DNA of 64,000 bases from Escherichia phage GEP001: the sequence record PV173775. The stretch is one strand, 5' to 3'. Shown one piece after another: positions 19,834 through 30,197 of the stretch. A program made the translations under genes and the position numbers. The notes under the pieces were generated by a model. It saw only the letters and a program-made list of their open reading frames with translations, did no database searches and had not been told where the DNA came from. Numbering within the stretch: the first letter of the stretch is position 1; each line of letters opens with the position of its first letter.

Positions 19834-21149
19834 CATTTGATGATTTGACAGAAGGCCAGAAAAATGCCTTTAACATCGTTATGAGGGCTATCAAAGAAAA
19901 GAAACATCATGTAACTATTAATGGACCTGCCGGTACTGGTAAAACTACTCTTACTAAGTTCATCATTGAAGCTTTAATATCTACAGGCGAAACTGGAATT
20001 ATTTTAGCAGCTCCTACACATGCAGCTAAAAAGATTCTTTCAAAACTATCAGGGAAAGAAGCAAGTACTATTCACAGTATTCTCAAAATTAACCCAGTAA
20101 CATACGAAGAAAACGTTCTTTTTGAACAAAAAGAAGTACCGGATTTGGCTAAATGCAGAGTATTAATCTGCGACGAAGTGTCAATGTATGATAGAAAGCT
20201 ATTTAAAATTCTGCTTTCAACTATCCCGCCGTGGTGTACTATAATTGGAATAGGCGATAATAAGCAAATTAGACCTGTTGACCCAGGAGAAAACACTGCT
20301 TATATCAGTCCATTCTTTACGCACAAAGATTTTTATCAGTGTGAACTCACTGAAGTTAAACGCAGTAATGCTCCTATTATTGATGTAGCTACTGATGTTC
20401 GTAATGGTAAGTGGATTTATGATAAAATTGTTGACGGGCATGGAGTACGTGGATTTACTGGTGATACCGCTTTACGCGATTTTATGGTAAATTATTTTTC
20501 AATCGTAAAATCACTAGATGATTTGTTTGAAAATCGTGTAATGGCATTTACGAATAAATCTGTTGATAAGTTAAATAGCATTATTCGTAAAAAGATTTTT
20601 GAAACTGATAAAGACTTTATTGTCGGTGAAATTATTGTAATGCAGGAACCATTAATTAAAACATATAAAATTGATGGAAAGCCTGTGTCAGAAATTATTT
20701 TTAATAACGGACAATTAGTTCGTATTATAGAAGCAGAGTATACATCAACATTTGTTAAAGCTCGTGGTGTTTCTGGAGAATATCTAATTCGTCATTGGGA
20801 TTTAACAGTAGAAACTTACGGCGATGATGAATATTATCGTGAAAAGATTAAAATAATTTCATCTGATGAAGAGCTGTATAAGTTTAACTTATTTTTAGGT
20901 AAAACGGCAGAAACTTACAAAAATTGGAATAAAGGTGGAAAAGCTCCGTGGAGTGATTTTTGGGATGCTAAATCACAGTTTAGTAAAGTGAAAGCACTTC
21001 CTGCATCAACATTCCATAAAGCTCAGGGCATGTCTGTAGATCGTGCTTTTATCTATACGCCTTGTATTCATTATGCAGATGCTGAACTAGCGCAGCAGCT
21101 TCTTTATGTTGGTGTCACTCGTGGTCGTTATGATGTGTTTTATGTATGA
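19830..21149 (+). CDS. dda: Dda DNA helicase (SF1B)
   Basis: 439 aa; Walker A GPAGTGKT; recognised as T4 Dda. Confidence 0.95.
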   Translation: MTFDDLTEGQKNAFNIVMRAIKEKKHHVTINGPAGTGKTTLTKFIIEALISTGETGIILAAPTHAAKKILSKLSGKEASTIHSILKINPVTYEENVLFEQKEVPDLAKCRVLICDEVSMYDRKLFKILLSTIPPWCTIIGIGDNKQIRPVDPGENTAYISPFFTHKDFYQCELTEVKRSNAPIIDVATDVRNGKWIYDKIVDGHGVRGFTGDTALRDFMVNYFSIVKSLDDLFENRVMAFTNKSVDKLNSIIRKKIFETDKDFIVGEIIVMQEPLIKTYKIDGKPVSEIIFNNGQLVRIIEAEYTSTFVKARGVSGEYLIRHWDLTVETYGDDEYYREKIKIISSDEELYKFNLFLGKTAETYKNWNKGGKAPWSDFWDAKSQFSKVKALPASTFHKAQGMSVDRAFIYTPCIHYADAELAQQLLYVGVTRGRYDVFYV

Positions 21150-21170
21150 TTAAATTTGAGGAAGCTATTC

Positions 21171-21416
21171 GTGGAAATAACTAAAGACCAGTTTTATCTA
21201 CTTCAAGATAAAGTGAGTGAAATTTATGAAATAGCTTATAGTAAAAATCGCAAAAACGTGAAAATTGAATCAGGCAAGTTAATGCTTCAATTGGAAGAAA
21301 TTGAACGAGATTTGATTGCGTTAGAATTCTTTTGTGGTGAAGTTAAAACTGTTACAATCAGTGATTACATTTTAGGTGAAATTAGCCATCTTTATAAGGC
21401 GGTTATTAATGATTGA
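21171..21416 (+). CDS. hypothetical protein (about 81 aa, GTG start)
   Basis: RBS GAGGAAG; tandem paralog of the next ORF. Confidence 0.45.
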   Translation: MEITKDQFYLLQDKVSEIYEIAYSKNRKNVKIESGKLMLQLEEIERDLIALEFFCGEVKTVTISDYILGEISHLYKAVIND

Positions 21417-21651
21417 ATTAAGTTTGCATCAGTTTAAATCTCTTATGACAAATGTTAAAGCTGTCATTCAAGAAAATTCAGGACCTGATAATGTTACTAT
21501 TCGCGAAAAAGCTTTAAAGATAGTATACAGTCTTGAAGAGATACAAAAAGATATTGAATCTATGGCAAAATTTATTGATGAGCCCATTAATAAAGTTTAT
21601 ATCCAAGATTATACTGTAGGTCAAATTCGCGATTTAGCGAGGAAAATTTAA
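21409..21651 (+). CDS. hypothetical protein (80 aa), paralog of the preceding ORF
   Basis: ATG at 21409 overlaps the preceding stop; similar L..EEI..D...I.DY..G.I..L pattern. Confidence 0.45.
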   Translation: MIELSLHQFKSLMTNVKAVIQENSGPDNVTIREKALKIVYSLEEIQKDIESMAKFIDEPINKVYIQDYTVGQIRDLARKI

Positions 21652-22334
21652 TGTTTGATTTTATTATAGATTTTGAAACAATGGGAAGCGGTGAAAAGGC
21701 AGCTGTTATTGATTTGGCTGTTATTGCCTTTGACCCTAATCCAGAAGTAGTTGAAACGTTTGATGAATTAGTTTCACGCGGCATTAAAATCAAATTTGAT
21801 TTAAAAAGCCAAAAAGGACATCGTCTTTTTACTAAAAGCACTATCGAATGGTGGAAAAATCAGTCTCCTGAAGCTCGAAAAAATATTGCACCGTCAGATG
21901 AAGATGTAAGCACTATCGATGGTATTGTAAAATTTAATGATTACATCAATGTACATAACATCGATCCTTGGAAATCTCAAGGCTGGTGCCGTGGAATGTC
22001 GTTTGATTTTCCAATTTTAGTCGATCTCATTCGTGATATTCAACGTCTTAATGGCGTTTCTGAGAATGAACTTGACACATTTAAGTTAGAACCATGTAAA
22101 TTCTGGAATCAGCGTGATATTCGTACCAGAATTGAAGCACTTCTCCTTGTTCGTGATATGACCACGTGTCCTCTTCCAAAGGGAACTTTAGATGGATTCG
22201 TTGCACATGATTCTATTCATGACTGTGCGAAAGACATCCTGATGATGAAGTATGCTTTGCGATATGCTATGGGTCTTGAAGATGCTCCGTCAGAGGAAGA
22301 ATGCGATCCTCTATCTCTTCCAACAAAACGATAA
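21651..22334 (+). CDS. dexA: DexA exonuclease A (DnaQ-like 3'-5' exonuclease)
   Basis: 227 aa; MFDFIIDFETMG DEDD-type motif; recognised as T4 DexA. Confidence 0.9.
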   Translation: MFDFIIDFETMGSGEKAAVIDLAVIAFDPNPEVVETFDELVSRGIKIKFDLKSQKGHRLFTKSTIEWWKNQSPEARKNIAPSDEDVSTIDGIVKFNDYINVHNIDPWKSQGWCRGMSFDFPILVDLIRDIQRLNGVSENELDTFKLEPCKFWNQRDIRTRIEALLLVRDMTTCPLPKGTLDGFVAHDSIHDCAKDILMMKYALRYAMGLEDAPSEEECDPLSLPTKR

Positions 22335-22340
22335 AAAGTT

Positions 22341-22370
22341 GTTTACTTCCTCGGTTAGTTGTGGTATTAT
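22341..22370 (+). promoter_or_regulatory. early promoter (GTTTAC, 18 bp, TATTAT)
   Basis: aaaaagttgtttacttcctcggttagttgtggtattat. Confidence 0.6.
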
Positions 22371-22397
22371 AACACCATAGCTACTGAGGATAATAAA

Positions 22398-22901
22398 ATG
22401 AAAATTTATCGTGTTGAATCATCTTTTAGTATTCTTAATTATGAAGATGCTATAACAATACGTCGAAATCTTTGTGTTCAAATAACACCGTACAGGAGTA
22501 TAATAGATTCATGGAGCGAAGAGTGGTTATTACACGTAGGTTATGACAGACCTAATTTTATGCATCATAGCGATAATAATAATAAAAGAATTCCTTTACC
22601 ACACGAAGATAAACTATTAGTTAAAAACGCTAATATAGTAATTAATACTAAGTTCAAGAAAGATTATGTTGGAGTAGAATATCATATTCCAGGATGGTTT
22701 ATAGCTCTTTATCATTTTGCTTTCGCTAGTGAATATGATATGATGAGATGGTTCACACGAGAAGAGCGGGAAGAATTATCTTCTAAAGGATTTTATCTCG
22801 CTGTGTATGAAGTTCCAGATGATCAAGTTATCATTGGCGGGCACCAAGTAATGTTCCGCAAATCGCATGCTGAACTCATAGATTTTATTGAAATGAGATA
22901 A
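22398..22901 (+). CDS. hypothetical protein (167 aa)
   Basis: ATG at 22398 downstream of the promoter; the track start at 22359 lies inside the promoter. Confidence 0.55.
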   Translation: MKIYRVESSFSILNYEDAITIRRNLCVQITPYRSIIDSWSEEWLLHVGYDRPNFMHHSDNNNKRIPLPHEDKLLVKNANIVINTKFKKDYVGVEYHIPGWFIALYHFAFASEYDMMRWFTREEREELSSKGFYLAVYEVPDDQVIIGGHQVMFRKSHAELIDFIEMR

Positions 22902-22903
22902 TT

Positions 22904-23446
22904 ATGAAATTTAATTATAATCCTGAATACATACCAAATCCGGTAGCTAAACTGATTGATTTTGATGTTGTAAGCACTTATGTATGCCCTGTTAAACCAC
23001 TGGAAATTAAGGAATCTACTATGACTACCGCTATTGAAATCGGCAAAACCTACAAACTAGTTGAACCTGAAATTAAAACCAATGCCTTGATTTCCGGCTA
23101 TAAAACTTTGACTGGTGTTTTTGGCGAAGGCGAATTTACTGTTGAAGACTTTGAAAAAAGTAAATGGTTTACTAAATCTTATATTGTCCACGGTCGTCGT
23201 TTAGACAATAACAAAATAGAGAAAATCCTGGTTTATGAAGCAGAGTTCATCCTGTTCCAAGAAGTTGAAGAACAAGACCCTACAGACCTTCTAACTCGTG
23301 CGGTAGCTATCAAGACCCCATTTGTTTCGGTCTGTGGTTGGGTAACAGACCAGTGGATTGAAGATGGTGTTGAACTTCTGAACGTTGTTCATGCAGGTGA
23401 TTTTAGCGTAGTACCTCGTAGTACGGTGGTAGCTATTTTGAATTAA
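22904..23446 (+). CDS. hypothetical protein (180 aa) sharing a C-terminal domain with MotB
   Basis: C-terminal CGWVTDQWIEDGVELLNVVHAGDFSVVPRS resembles the next ORF. Confidence 0.6.
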   Translation: MKFNYNPEYIPNPVAKLIDFDVVSTYVCPVKPLEIKESTMTTAIEIGKTYKLVEPEIKTNALISGYKTLTGVFGEGEFTVEDFEKSKWFTKSYIVHGRRLDNNKIEKILVYEAEFILFQEVEEQDPTDLLTRAVAIKTPFVSVCGWVTDQWIEDGVELLNVVHAGDFSVVPRSTVVAILN

Positions 23447-23448
23447 TA

Positions 23449-23484
23449 GTTTACAAACTCTTGGGACCAGAGTATAATGGTCCC
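23449..23484 (+). promoter_or_regulatory. early promoter with 7-bp perfect inverted repeat (gggacca / tggtccc) around TATAAT
   Basis: GTTTAC 23449-23454, TATAAT 23473-23478. Confidence 0.6.
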
Positions 23485-23522
23485 GCGGAGTATAAAATCT
23501 TTTTAACAAGTGAGAGATAACT

Positions 23523-24020
23523 ATGATTATTAATATTGGTGAAATTGCTCGTGTATCTGATAAATCTCGTTCTAAAGCAGCAGGAAAATTGGTCGAAATT
23601 GTAAGCATTCAGCTTAAACACGGCGTTAAAGATGAAGATTCTGAAGTAAAAGTGCGTATCATTCCTAAAGATGGAAAGTCTAAACCTCAGTTTGGCTATG
23701 TTCGTGCGAAATTTCTTGAATCTGCGTTTTTGAAAGCTGTTCCCGCTAAAGGAATTGAGACGATTGATACTTCACATGTAGGTGTAGACTTTAAGTGGAA
23801 ACTCGGTCAGGCTATTAAGTTCATTGCTCCTTATGAATTCGAATTTACCGAAGATGAGGAAGGGGTTGTTCAAAAACATCGTACTCGTGCTATGTGTGCA
23901 TACATTACCGATCAATGGGTAGAAGATGGCGTTAAGTTGTACAACGCGGTATTTTTAGGAACATACAAAGTCATTCCTGAAAGTTGGATTAAACACTATA
24001 GCAAAGCTCGCTGTGCATAA
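23523..24020 (+). CDS. motB: MotB-like protein
   Basis: 165 aa; position between dexA and cef/goF as in T4; identity is positional. Confidence 0.5.
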   Translation: MIINIGEIARVSDKSRSKAAGKLVEIVSIQLKHGVKDEDSEVKVRIIPKDGKSKPQFGYVRAKFLESAFLKAVPAKGIETIDTSHVGVDFKWKLGQAIKFIAPYEFEFTEDEEGVVQKHRTRAMCAYITDQWVEDGVKLYNAVFLGTYKVIPESWIKHYSKARCA

Positions 24021-24050
24021 AGTTTAAAATTTTTTCATAAAACTATATAC

Positions 24051-24093
24051 ATCAGTAGTTGATTATGGTACTATATCAATATCAACTACTGAT
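24051..24093 (+). promoter_or_regulatory. promoter-like element with 13-bp perfect inverted repeat (atcagtagttgat / atcaactactgat) and TACTAT in the loop
   Basis: Read directly from sequence; no GTTTAC -35. Confidence 0.45.
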
Positions 24094-24105
24094 ACAGAAA
24101 ACAAC

Positions 24106-24387
24106 TTGGAGAATAAAATGGAAAACTTAATTATCATCGAACAATCTTTCAACGATTATGGTATGGCTTATGGTTATCGTGCGATAATGGAAGATTCTCG
24201 TGGATGTGTTATCGATATTGCTGAATGTAAAGATTTACTGCAGCTTTTGAAGATTGTTCGCAAAAATTGGGATTGTGAAAACATTAAAGTTCGTGTTGTA
24301 ACGGAAGAAGAAACTGTTTTTCATGATGTAAAATTTGCCAAAGGTGCTGCTACTCTTCTGAAACGCATCGCTCCACTGTTCAATTAA
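24106..24387 (+). CDS. hypothetical protein (93 aa)
   Basis: Track ORF. Confidence 0.5.
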   Translation: MENKMENLIIIEQSFNDYGMAYGYRAIMEDSRGCVIDIAECKDLLQLLKIVRKNWDCENIKVRVVTEEETVFHDVKFAKGAATLLKRIAPLFN

Positions 24388-24400
24388 TGAGGAAATTGTA

Positions 24401-24616
24401 ATGAAACGTAAAATTGTTCAGAACTGCACTAATGACGAATTTGAAGATGTATTATTTGATCCAGATTTGGTAGTGGTTCAAAAGGAACATACCGTTAAGT
24501 TTACTCACTTGACTTCGGTTTATGTGTATGAAAAGGTTGGTGATAAACAGCCGATTTACGGTGTATTCCGTGAAATTACTGAAGATGGCACAACTTACTG
24601 GAAGGAAATTTATTAA
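24401..24616 (+). CDS. hypothetical protein (71 aa; Cef-like by size and position)
   Basis: Same length as T4 Cef; sequence not recognised. Confidence 0.35.
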   Translation: MKRKIVQNCTNDEFEDVLFDPDLVVVQKEHTVKFTHLTSVYVYEKVGDKQPIYGVFREITEDGTTYWKEIY

Positions 24617-25035
24617 TGGCTATTAAATTTGAAGTTAATAAATGGTATCAATTTAAAAATAAACAAGCTCAAGAAAATTTTATTAAAGACCATACTGATA
24701 ACGGAATCTATGCACGACGTTTAGGTATGGAACCTTTTAAAATTTTAGATGTTGACTATTACGGGCGTCCTACTAAAATTGTGACATCTACTGGCACAAT
24801 TGGATATTCAACATGTGGTACAGTCATTGACGAAAACTTTATCTGGCTCTCTACTAACGAAGCTGAGTTCTTTGATGAAGTTGAAAATCCATACCAGGCT
24901 GCTGAAGAACAAGAGCAGGAAGAGCAAGAACAAATAGAAGATTTCACAGAATTCCCGGTAATGAAAGTTACTATTGAAAATAATGAACAGGCATGGTCTT
25001 TGTATCAGATGTTGAAAGCACATTTTAAGGAATAA
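24616..25035 (+). CDS. hypothetical protein (139 aa; GoF-like by position; acidic [10 protein letters not shown] tract)
   Basis: Track ORF. Confidence 0.35.
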   Translation: MAIKFEVNKWYQFKNKQAQENFIKDHTDNGIYARRLGMEPFKILDVDYYGRPTKIVTSTGTIGYSTCGTVIDENFIWLSTNEAEFFDEVENPYQAAEEQEQEEQEQIEDFTEFPVMKVTIENNEQAWSLYQMLKAHFKE

Positions 25036-25037
25036 TT

Positions 25038-25214
25038 ATGCCAATGTATGATTATAAATGCCAATCCGAAGATTGCGGGCATGAATATGAAAAAATTAAA
25101 AAGATTTCTGAACGAGAAAATGATGTTTGCCCTAAATGTCATCGTTTGTCTACTCGTCGGCCTTCTGCTCCTAAGCATGTGAATGGTGGATTTTACGACT
25201 TACTTAAAGGGTAA
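25038..25214 (+). CDS. zinc-ribbon protein (58 aa; CxxC...CxxC)
   Basis: MPMYDYKCQSEDCGHEYEKIKKISERENDVCPKCHRLSTRRP...; below track cutoff. Confidence 0.45.
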   Translation: MPMYDYKCQSEDCGHEYEKIKKISERENDVCPKCHRLSTRRPSAPKHVNGGFYDLLKG

Positions 25215-25216
25215 TT

Positions 25217-25588
25217 ATGTTTAAAATTGGTAAGAAATATCGTGTTCGCGAAGGTGAAGAAAAGAAATATCTACTTTCTTCTATTTATAGGAATGGTTCT
25301 ATTAATGCCGTAATATCTACAAGCGAATTTATCGTTGAAGATATGAAAGGCCATAATGTTACAATGATTAGTACAGCATCTGGAAATGATGGAAAAATTC
25401 TTCACAGTTTTCAGAGTAATGTTCTAATTTATGATGAAGAATTTGACTTCTTCGAAGAAGTTCCTGAAGATTTTGATTTTGAATGCACCATCACTATGAA
25501 ATCTGGTGACCCTCTTTCATTTACGGTTAAAGATGAAAGAAGTCGCTTGAGAATTATTAGTCTCCTTCAAGCCATTAAATTTGAGTGA
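25217..25588 (+). CDS. hypothetical protein (123 aa)
   Basis: Track ORF. Confidence 0.5.
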   Translation: MFKIGKKYRVREGEEKKYLLSSIYRNGSINAVISTSEFIVEDMKGHNVTMISTASGNDGKILHSFQSNVLIYDEEFDFFEEVPEDFDFECTITMKSGDPLSFTVKDERSRLRIISLLQAIKFE

Positions 25589-25592
25589 AATT

Positions 25593-25853
25593 ATGAAATA
25601 TGTTAATCGTTCTATCGCGGCATTAGTATTAGCAGTATCTTTAGTAGGATGTACTGATGCTGATAATGCAACCAAAGTTTTGTCTTCAAGTGGGTTTACT
25701 AATATTGAAATCACTGGATACAATTGGTTTGGTTGCTCTGAAAATGATTTCCAACACACTGGATTTCGTGCTATTGGACCTACCGGGCAAAAAGTAGAAG
25801 GAACCGTGTGTTCTGGTCTATTCTTCAAGGATTCGACTATCCGTTTTAAATAA
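25593..25853 (+). CDS. lipoprotein (86 aa)
   Basis: MKYVNRSIAALVLAVSLVGC signal peptide with lipobox. Confidence 0.55.
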   Translation: MKYVNRSIAALVLAVSLVGCTDADNATKVLSSSGFTNIEITGYNWFGCSENDFQHTGFRAIGPTGQKVEGTVCSGLFFKDSTIRFK

Positions 25854-25870
25854 AAGGCCTTCGGGCCTTT
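25853..25870 (+). terminator. stem-loop aaaggcc-ttcg-ggccttt
   Basis: 7-bp stem with UUCG loop; weak U tract. Confidence 0.5.
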
Positions 25871-25922
25871 AGCTTTATGATTACCGGAGTATAATATTCC
25901 CGAAACCAAACGAGGATAAGTG

Positions 25923-27740
25923 ATGATTAAGAATGAAATTAAAATTCTGAGCGATATTGAACATATCAAAAAGCGTAGCGGCATGTACATTGGTTCTTCT
26001 GCTAATGAAATGCATGAGCGCTTTCTGTTTGGTAAATGGGAAAGTGTTCAGTATGTACCTGGTCTTGTTAAGCTTATTGATGAAATTATCGATAACTCAG
26101 TAGATGAAGGTATTCGTACTAAGTTTAAATTCGCAAATAAAATTAATGTTACCATTAAAAATAATCAGGTAACAGTTGAAGATAACGGTCGTGGTATTCC
26201 ACAAGCGATGGTTAAAACACCTACCGGTGAAGAAATTCCTGGTCCTGTTGCTGCCTGGACTATTCCAAAAGCAGGTGGTAACTTTGGTGATGATAAAGAA
26301 CGCGTCACCGGTGGTATGAATGGTGTTGGTTCTAGTTTAACTAACATTTTTTCTGTGATGTTTGTCGGTGAAACTGGCGATGGTCAAAATAATATTGTTG
26401 TTCGTTGTTCAAATGGCATGGAAAATAAATCATGGGAAACTATTCCTGGAAAATGGAAAGGAACTCGCGTTACTTTCATTCCTGATTTTATGTCATTTGA
26501 AACTAATGAGCTATCTCAAGTTTATCTTGACATTACGTTAGATCGTCTCCAGACACTTGCAGTAGTTTATCCTGATATTCAATTTACCTTTAATGGTAAA
26601 AAGGTTCAGGGTAATTTTAAGAAATATGCACGCCAATATGATGAACACGCCATCGTTCAAGAACAAGAAAACTGTTCTATTGCGGTTGGTCGTTCACCGG
26701 ACGGTTTTCGTCAATTAACGTACGTCAATAACATTCATACTAAGAATGGTGGCCATCACATTGACTGCGTTATGGATGATATTTGTGAAGACCTTATTCC
26801 ACAAATCAAACGTAAGTTCAAAATTGATGTAACTAAAGCACGTGTTAAAGAATGTTTGACTATCGTTATGTTTGTTCGTGATATGAAAAACACGCGATTT
26901 GACTCTCAAACTAAAGAGCGTCTGACTTCTCCATTTGGTGAAATCCGTAGTCATATTCAGCTTGATGCTAAAAAGATTTCACGTGCTATTTTAAATAATG
27001 AAGCAATTTTAATGCCAATTATTGAAGCTGCCTTGGCTCGTAAATTGGCGGCAGAAAAAGCAGCAGAAACTAAAGCAGCTAAAAAGGCTTCTAAAGCTAA
27101 GGTTCATAAACATATTAAAGCGAATCTTTGTGGTAAAGATGCTGACACTACTCTTTTCTTGACTGAGGGTGATTCTGCTATCGGATATCTTATTGATGTT
27201 CGTGATAAAGAACTTCATGGCGGTTATCCATTGCGTGGTAAAGTTCTCAACAGTTGGGGTATGTCATATGCTGATATGCTTAAAAACAAAGAACTGTTTG
27301 ATATTTGCGCAATCACTGGATTAGTTCTTGGTGAAAAAGCCGAAAACTTGAATTATCATAATATTGCTATTATGACCGATGCTGACCATGATGGTCTAGG
27401 AAGCATTTATCCTTCTTTGCTCGGATTTTTTAGTAATTGGCCAGAACTGTTTGAACAAGGAAGAATTCGCTTTGTCAAAACTCCTGTAATCATCGCTCAG
27501 GTCGGTAAAAAACAAGAATGGTTTTATACAGTCGCTGAATATGAGAGTGCTAAAGATGCTCTACCTAAACATAGCATCCGTTATATTAAGGGACTTGGCT
27601 CTTTGGAAAAATCTGAATATCGTGAGATGATTCAAAATCCAGTATATGATGTTGTTAAACTTCCTGAGAATTGGAAAGAGCTTTTTGAAATGCTCATGGG
27701 AGATAATGCTGACCTTCGTAAAGAATGGATGAGCCAGTAG
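25923..27740 (+). CDS. 39: DNA topoisomerase II large subunit gp39 (ATPase, GyrB-like), 39 and 60 in one ORF
   Basis: 605 aa; GHKL ATPase and TOPRIM motifs; single ORF with no split or bypass element, as in T2/T6. Confidence 0.9.
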   Translation: MIKNEIKILSDIEHIKKRSGMYIGSSANEMHERFLFGKWESVQYVPGLVKLIDEIIDNSVDEGIRTKFKFANKINVTIKNNQVTVEDNGRGIPQAMVKTPTGEEIPGPVAAWTIPKAGGNFGDDKERVTGGMNGVGSSLTNIFSVMFVGETGDGQNNIVVRCSNGMENKSWETIPGKWKGTRVTFIPDFMSFETNELSQVYLDITLDRLQTLAVVYPDIQFTFNGKKVQGNFKKYARQYDEHAIVQEQENCSIAVGRSPDGFRQLTYVNNIHTKNGGHHIDCVMDDICEDLIPQIKRKFKIDVTKARVKECLTIVMFVRDMKNTRFDSQTKERLTSPFGEIRSHIQLDAKKISRAILNNEAILMPIIEAALARKLAAEKAAETKAAKKASKAKVHKHIKANLCGKDADTTLFLTEGDSAIGYLIDVRDKELHGGYPLRGKVLNSWGMSYADMLKNKELFDICAITGLVLGEKAENLNYHNIAIMTDADHDGLGSIYPSLLGFFSNWPELFEQGRIRFVKTPVIIAQVGKKQEWFYTVAEYESAKDALPKHSIRYIKGLGSLEKSEYREMIQNPVYDVVKLPENWKELFEMLMGDNADLRKEWMSQ

Positions 27741-27769
27741 TTTACTTTACCACAAGGATGTGGTATAAT
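27740..27769 (+). promoter_or_regulatory. early promoter (GTTTAC, 18 bp, TATAAT)
   Basis: gtttactttaccacaaggatgtggtataat. Confidence 0.65.
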
Positions 27770-27794
27770 TAATTAGGCAAATGAGGATATTGAA

Positions 27795-27998
27795 ATGAAA
27801 TCATATAAAGTAAATTTAGAACTTTTTGATAAAGCAGTTCATCGAGAATATAGAATCATTCAACGCTTTTTCGATATGGGAGAAGCCGAAGAGTTTAAAA
27901 ACCGCTTTAAGAATATTAGAGATAAAATTCAATCCGACACCGCAACTAAAGATGAACTACTAGAAGTTGCCGAAGTTATTAAACGCAATATGAATTAA
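27795..27998 (+). CDS. hypothetical protein (67 aa, rIIA.1-like position)
   Basis: Track ORF. Confidence 0.5.
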   Translation: MKSYKVNLELFDKAVHREYRIIQRFFDMGEAEEFKNRFKNIRDKIQSDTATKDELLEVAEVIKRNMN

Positions 27999-28008
27999 TG
28001 AGGAAATT

Positions 28009-30186
28009 ATGATTATCACCACTGAAAAAGAAACAATTCTTGGTAATGGTTCTAAATCAAAAGCATTTAGCATCACAGCGTCTCCTAAAGTATTTAAAAT
28101 TCTGTCATCTGATTTGTATACAAACAAGATTCGCGCAGTGGTTCGTGAATTGATTACCAATATGATTGATGCCCATGCTCTTAATGGAAATCCTGAAAAA
28201 TTTATCATTCAAGTTCCAGGACGATTAGATCCGCGATTTGTTTGCCGAGATTTTGGTCCAGGTATGAGCGATTTTGATATTCAGGGTGATGATAATTCTC
28301 CTGGGTTGTATAATTCATACTTTAGTTCATCTAAGGCTGAATCTAATGATTTCATTGGTGGATTTGGTTTAGGTTCTAAATCTCCGTTTAGTTATACTGA
28401 TACATTTAGTATTACTTCATATCATAAAGGTGAAATTCGTGGTTATGTAGCTTACATGGATGGTGACGGTCCGCAGATTAAACCTACATTCGTAAAAGAA
28501 ATGGGTCCAGACGATAAAACTGGCATTGAAATCGTAGTTCCGGTTGAAGAAAAAGACTTTAGAAACTTTGCTTATGAAGTTTCTTATATCATGCGACCAT
28601 TCAAAGATTTGGCTATTATTAATGGTCTTGACCGCGAAATTGATTATTTTCCGGATTTTGATGACTATTACGGTGTAAATCCAGAAAGATACTGGCCAGA
28701 TCGTGGTGGATTGTATGCTATCTATGGCGGTATTGTTTATCCTATTGATGGCGTTATTAGAGACCGTAACTGGTTAAGCATTCGCAATGAAGTGAATTAT
28801 ATTAAGTTTCCAATGGGTTCACTTGATATTGCTCCATCGCGTGAGGCTCTTTCGCTGGATGATCGTACTCGTAAAAATATTATTGAGCGTGTTAAAGAGC
28901 TCAGTGAAAAGGCATTTAATGAAGATGTAAAACGATTTAAAGAATCTACATCTCCTCGTCATACATACCGTGAATTGATGAAGATGGGATATTCTGCTCG
29001 AGATTATATGATTAGTAATTCGGTCAAATTCACGACTAAAAATCTGTCATATAAAAAGATGCAGAGCATGTTTGAACCTGACAGTAAGTTATGCAATGCA
29101 GGGGTTGTGTATGAAGTAAATCTTGACCCTCGACTGAAACGCATTAAGCAAAGTCATGAAACTTCAGCCGTTGCATCAAGTTATCGTCTGTTTGGTATTA
29201 ATACGACAAAAATTAATATTGTTATTGATAATATTAAAAATCGTGTTAATATTGTCCGTGGATTAGCGCATGCGTTAGATGATAGCGAATTTAATAACAC
29301 CTTAAATATTCATCATAACGAGCGTCTTCTGTTTATTAATCCGGAAGTAGAATCGCAAATTGATTTACTTCCTGATATTATGGCAATGTTTGAAAGTGAT
29401 GAAGTTAACATTCATTATTTGTCAGAAATTGAAGCTTTAGTTAAAAGTTATATTCCAAAGGCAGTTAAAAGTAAAGCTCCTCGTCCTAAAGCTGCTACTG
29501 CATTTAAGTTCGAAATTAAAAACGGGCGCTGGGAAAAAGAGGAACTGTTTACGCTCACATCAGAAGCAGATGAAATTACTGGTTATGTAGCATACATGCA
29601 TCGTTCTGATATTTTCTCTATGGATGGTACTACATCGCTTTGTCATCCATCTACGAATATTTTGATTCGTATGGCTAATCTTATTGGCATTAATGAATTT
29701 TATGTTATTCGTCCGCTTTTGCAGAAAAAGGTAAAAGAACTTGGTCAGTGCCAATGTATTTTTGAAACTTTGCGTGATTTATATGTAGATGCTTTTGATG
29801 ATGTAGATTATGATAAGTATGTAGGTTATTCAAGTTCAGCTAAACGATATATTGATAAAATTATCAAGTATCCTGAGTTAGATTTTATGATGAAGTACTT
29901 CAGTGTAGATGAAGTTTCTGAAGAATATACACGACTCGCTAATATGGTTAGTTCATTACAGGGTGTATATTTCAACGGTGGAAAAGATACCATCGGTCAT
30001 GACATCTGGACAGTAACTAATCTTTTTGATGTATTATCAAATAATGCTTCAAAAAACAGTGATAAAATGGTTGCTGAGTTTACCAAGAAATTCCGTATTG
30101 TTTCCGACTTCATCGGTTATCGCAATTCTTTAAGTGATGATGAAGTTTCCCAAATCGCTAAAACTATGAAGGCCCTTGCGGCCTAA
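28009..30186 (+). CDS. rIIA: rIIA protein
   Basis: 725 aa; N-terminal GHKL-like motif (DFGPGM...GGFGLGSKS); recognised as T4 rIIA. Confidence 0.95.
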   Translation: MIITTEKETILGNGSKSKAFSITASPKVFKILSSDLYTNKIRAVVRELITNMIDAHALNGNPEKFIIQVPGRLDPRFVCRDFGPGMSDFDIQGDDNSPGLYNSYFSSSKAESNDFIGGFGLGSKSPFSYTDTFSITSYHKGEIRGYVAYMDGDGPQIKPTFVKEMGPDDKTGIEIVVPVEEKDFRNFAYEVSYIMRPFKDLAIINGLDREIDYFPDFDDYYGVNPERYWPDRGGLYAIYGGIVYPIDGVIRDRNWLSIRNEVNYIKFPMGSLDIAPSREALSLDDRTRKNIIERVKELSEKAFNEDVKRFKESTSPRHTYRELMKMGYSARDYMISNSVKFTTKNLSYKKMQSMFEPDSKLCNAGVVYEVNLDPRLKRIKQSHETSAVASSYRLFGINTTKINIVIDNIKNRVNIVRGLAHALDDSEFNNTLNIHHNERLLFINPEVESQIDLLPDIMAMFESDEVNIHYLSEIEALVKSYIPKAVKSKAPRPKAATAFKFEIKNGRWEKEELFTLTSEADEITGYVAYMHRSDIFSMDGTTSLCHPSTNILIRMANLIGINEFYVIRPLLQKKVKELGQCQCIFETLRDLYVDAFDDVDYDKYVGYSSSAKRYIDKIIKYPELDFMMKYFSVDEVSEEYTRLANMVSSLQGVYFNGGKDTIGHDIWTVTNLFDVLSNNASKNSDKMVAEFTKKFRIVSDFIGYRNSLSDDEVSQIAKTMKALAA

Positions 30187-30197
30187 TAAGGAAAATT

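Noticed and set aside
25517-25990. 157-codon minus-strand ORF
   Set aside because: Overlaps the plus-strand lipoprotein gene, its terminator and the start of gene 39; no RBS; regarded as an antisense artefact.
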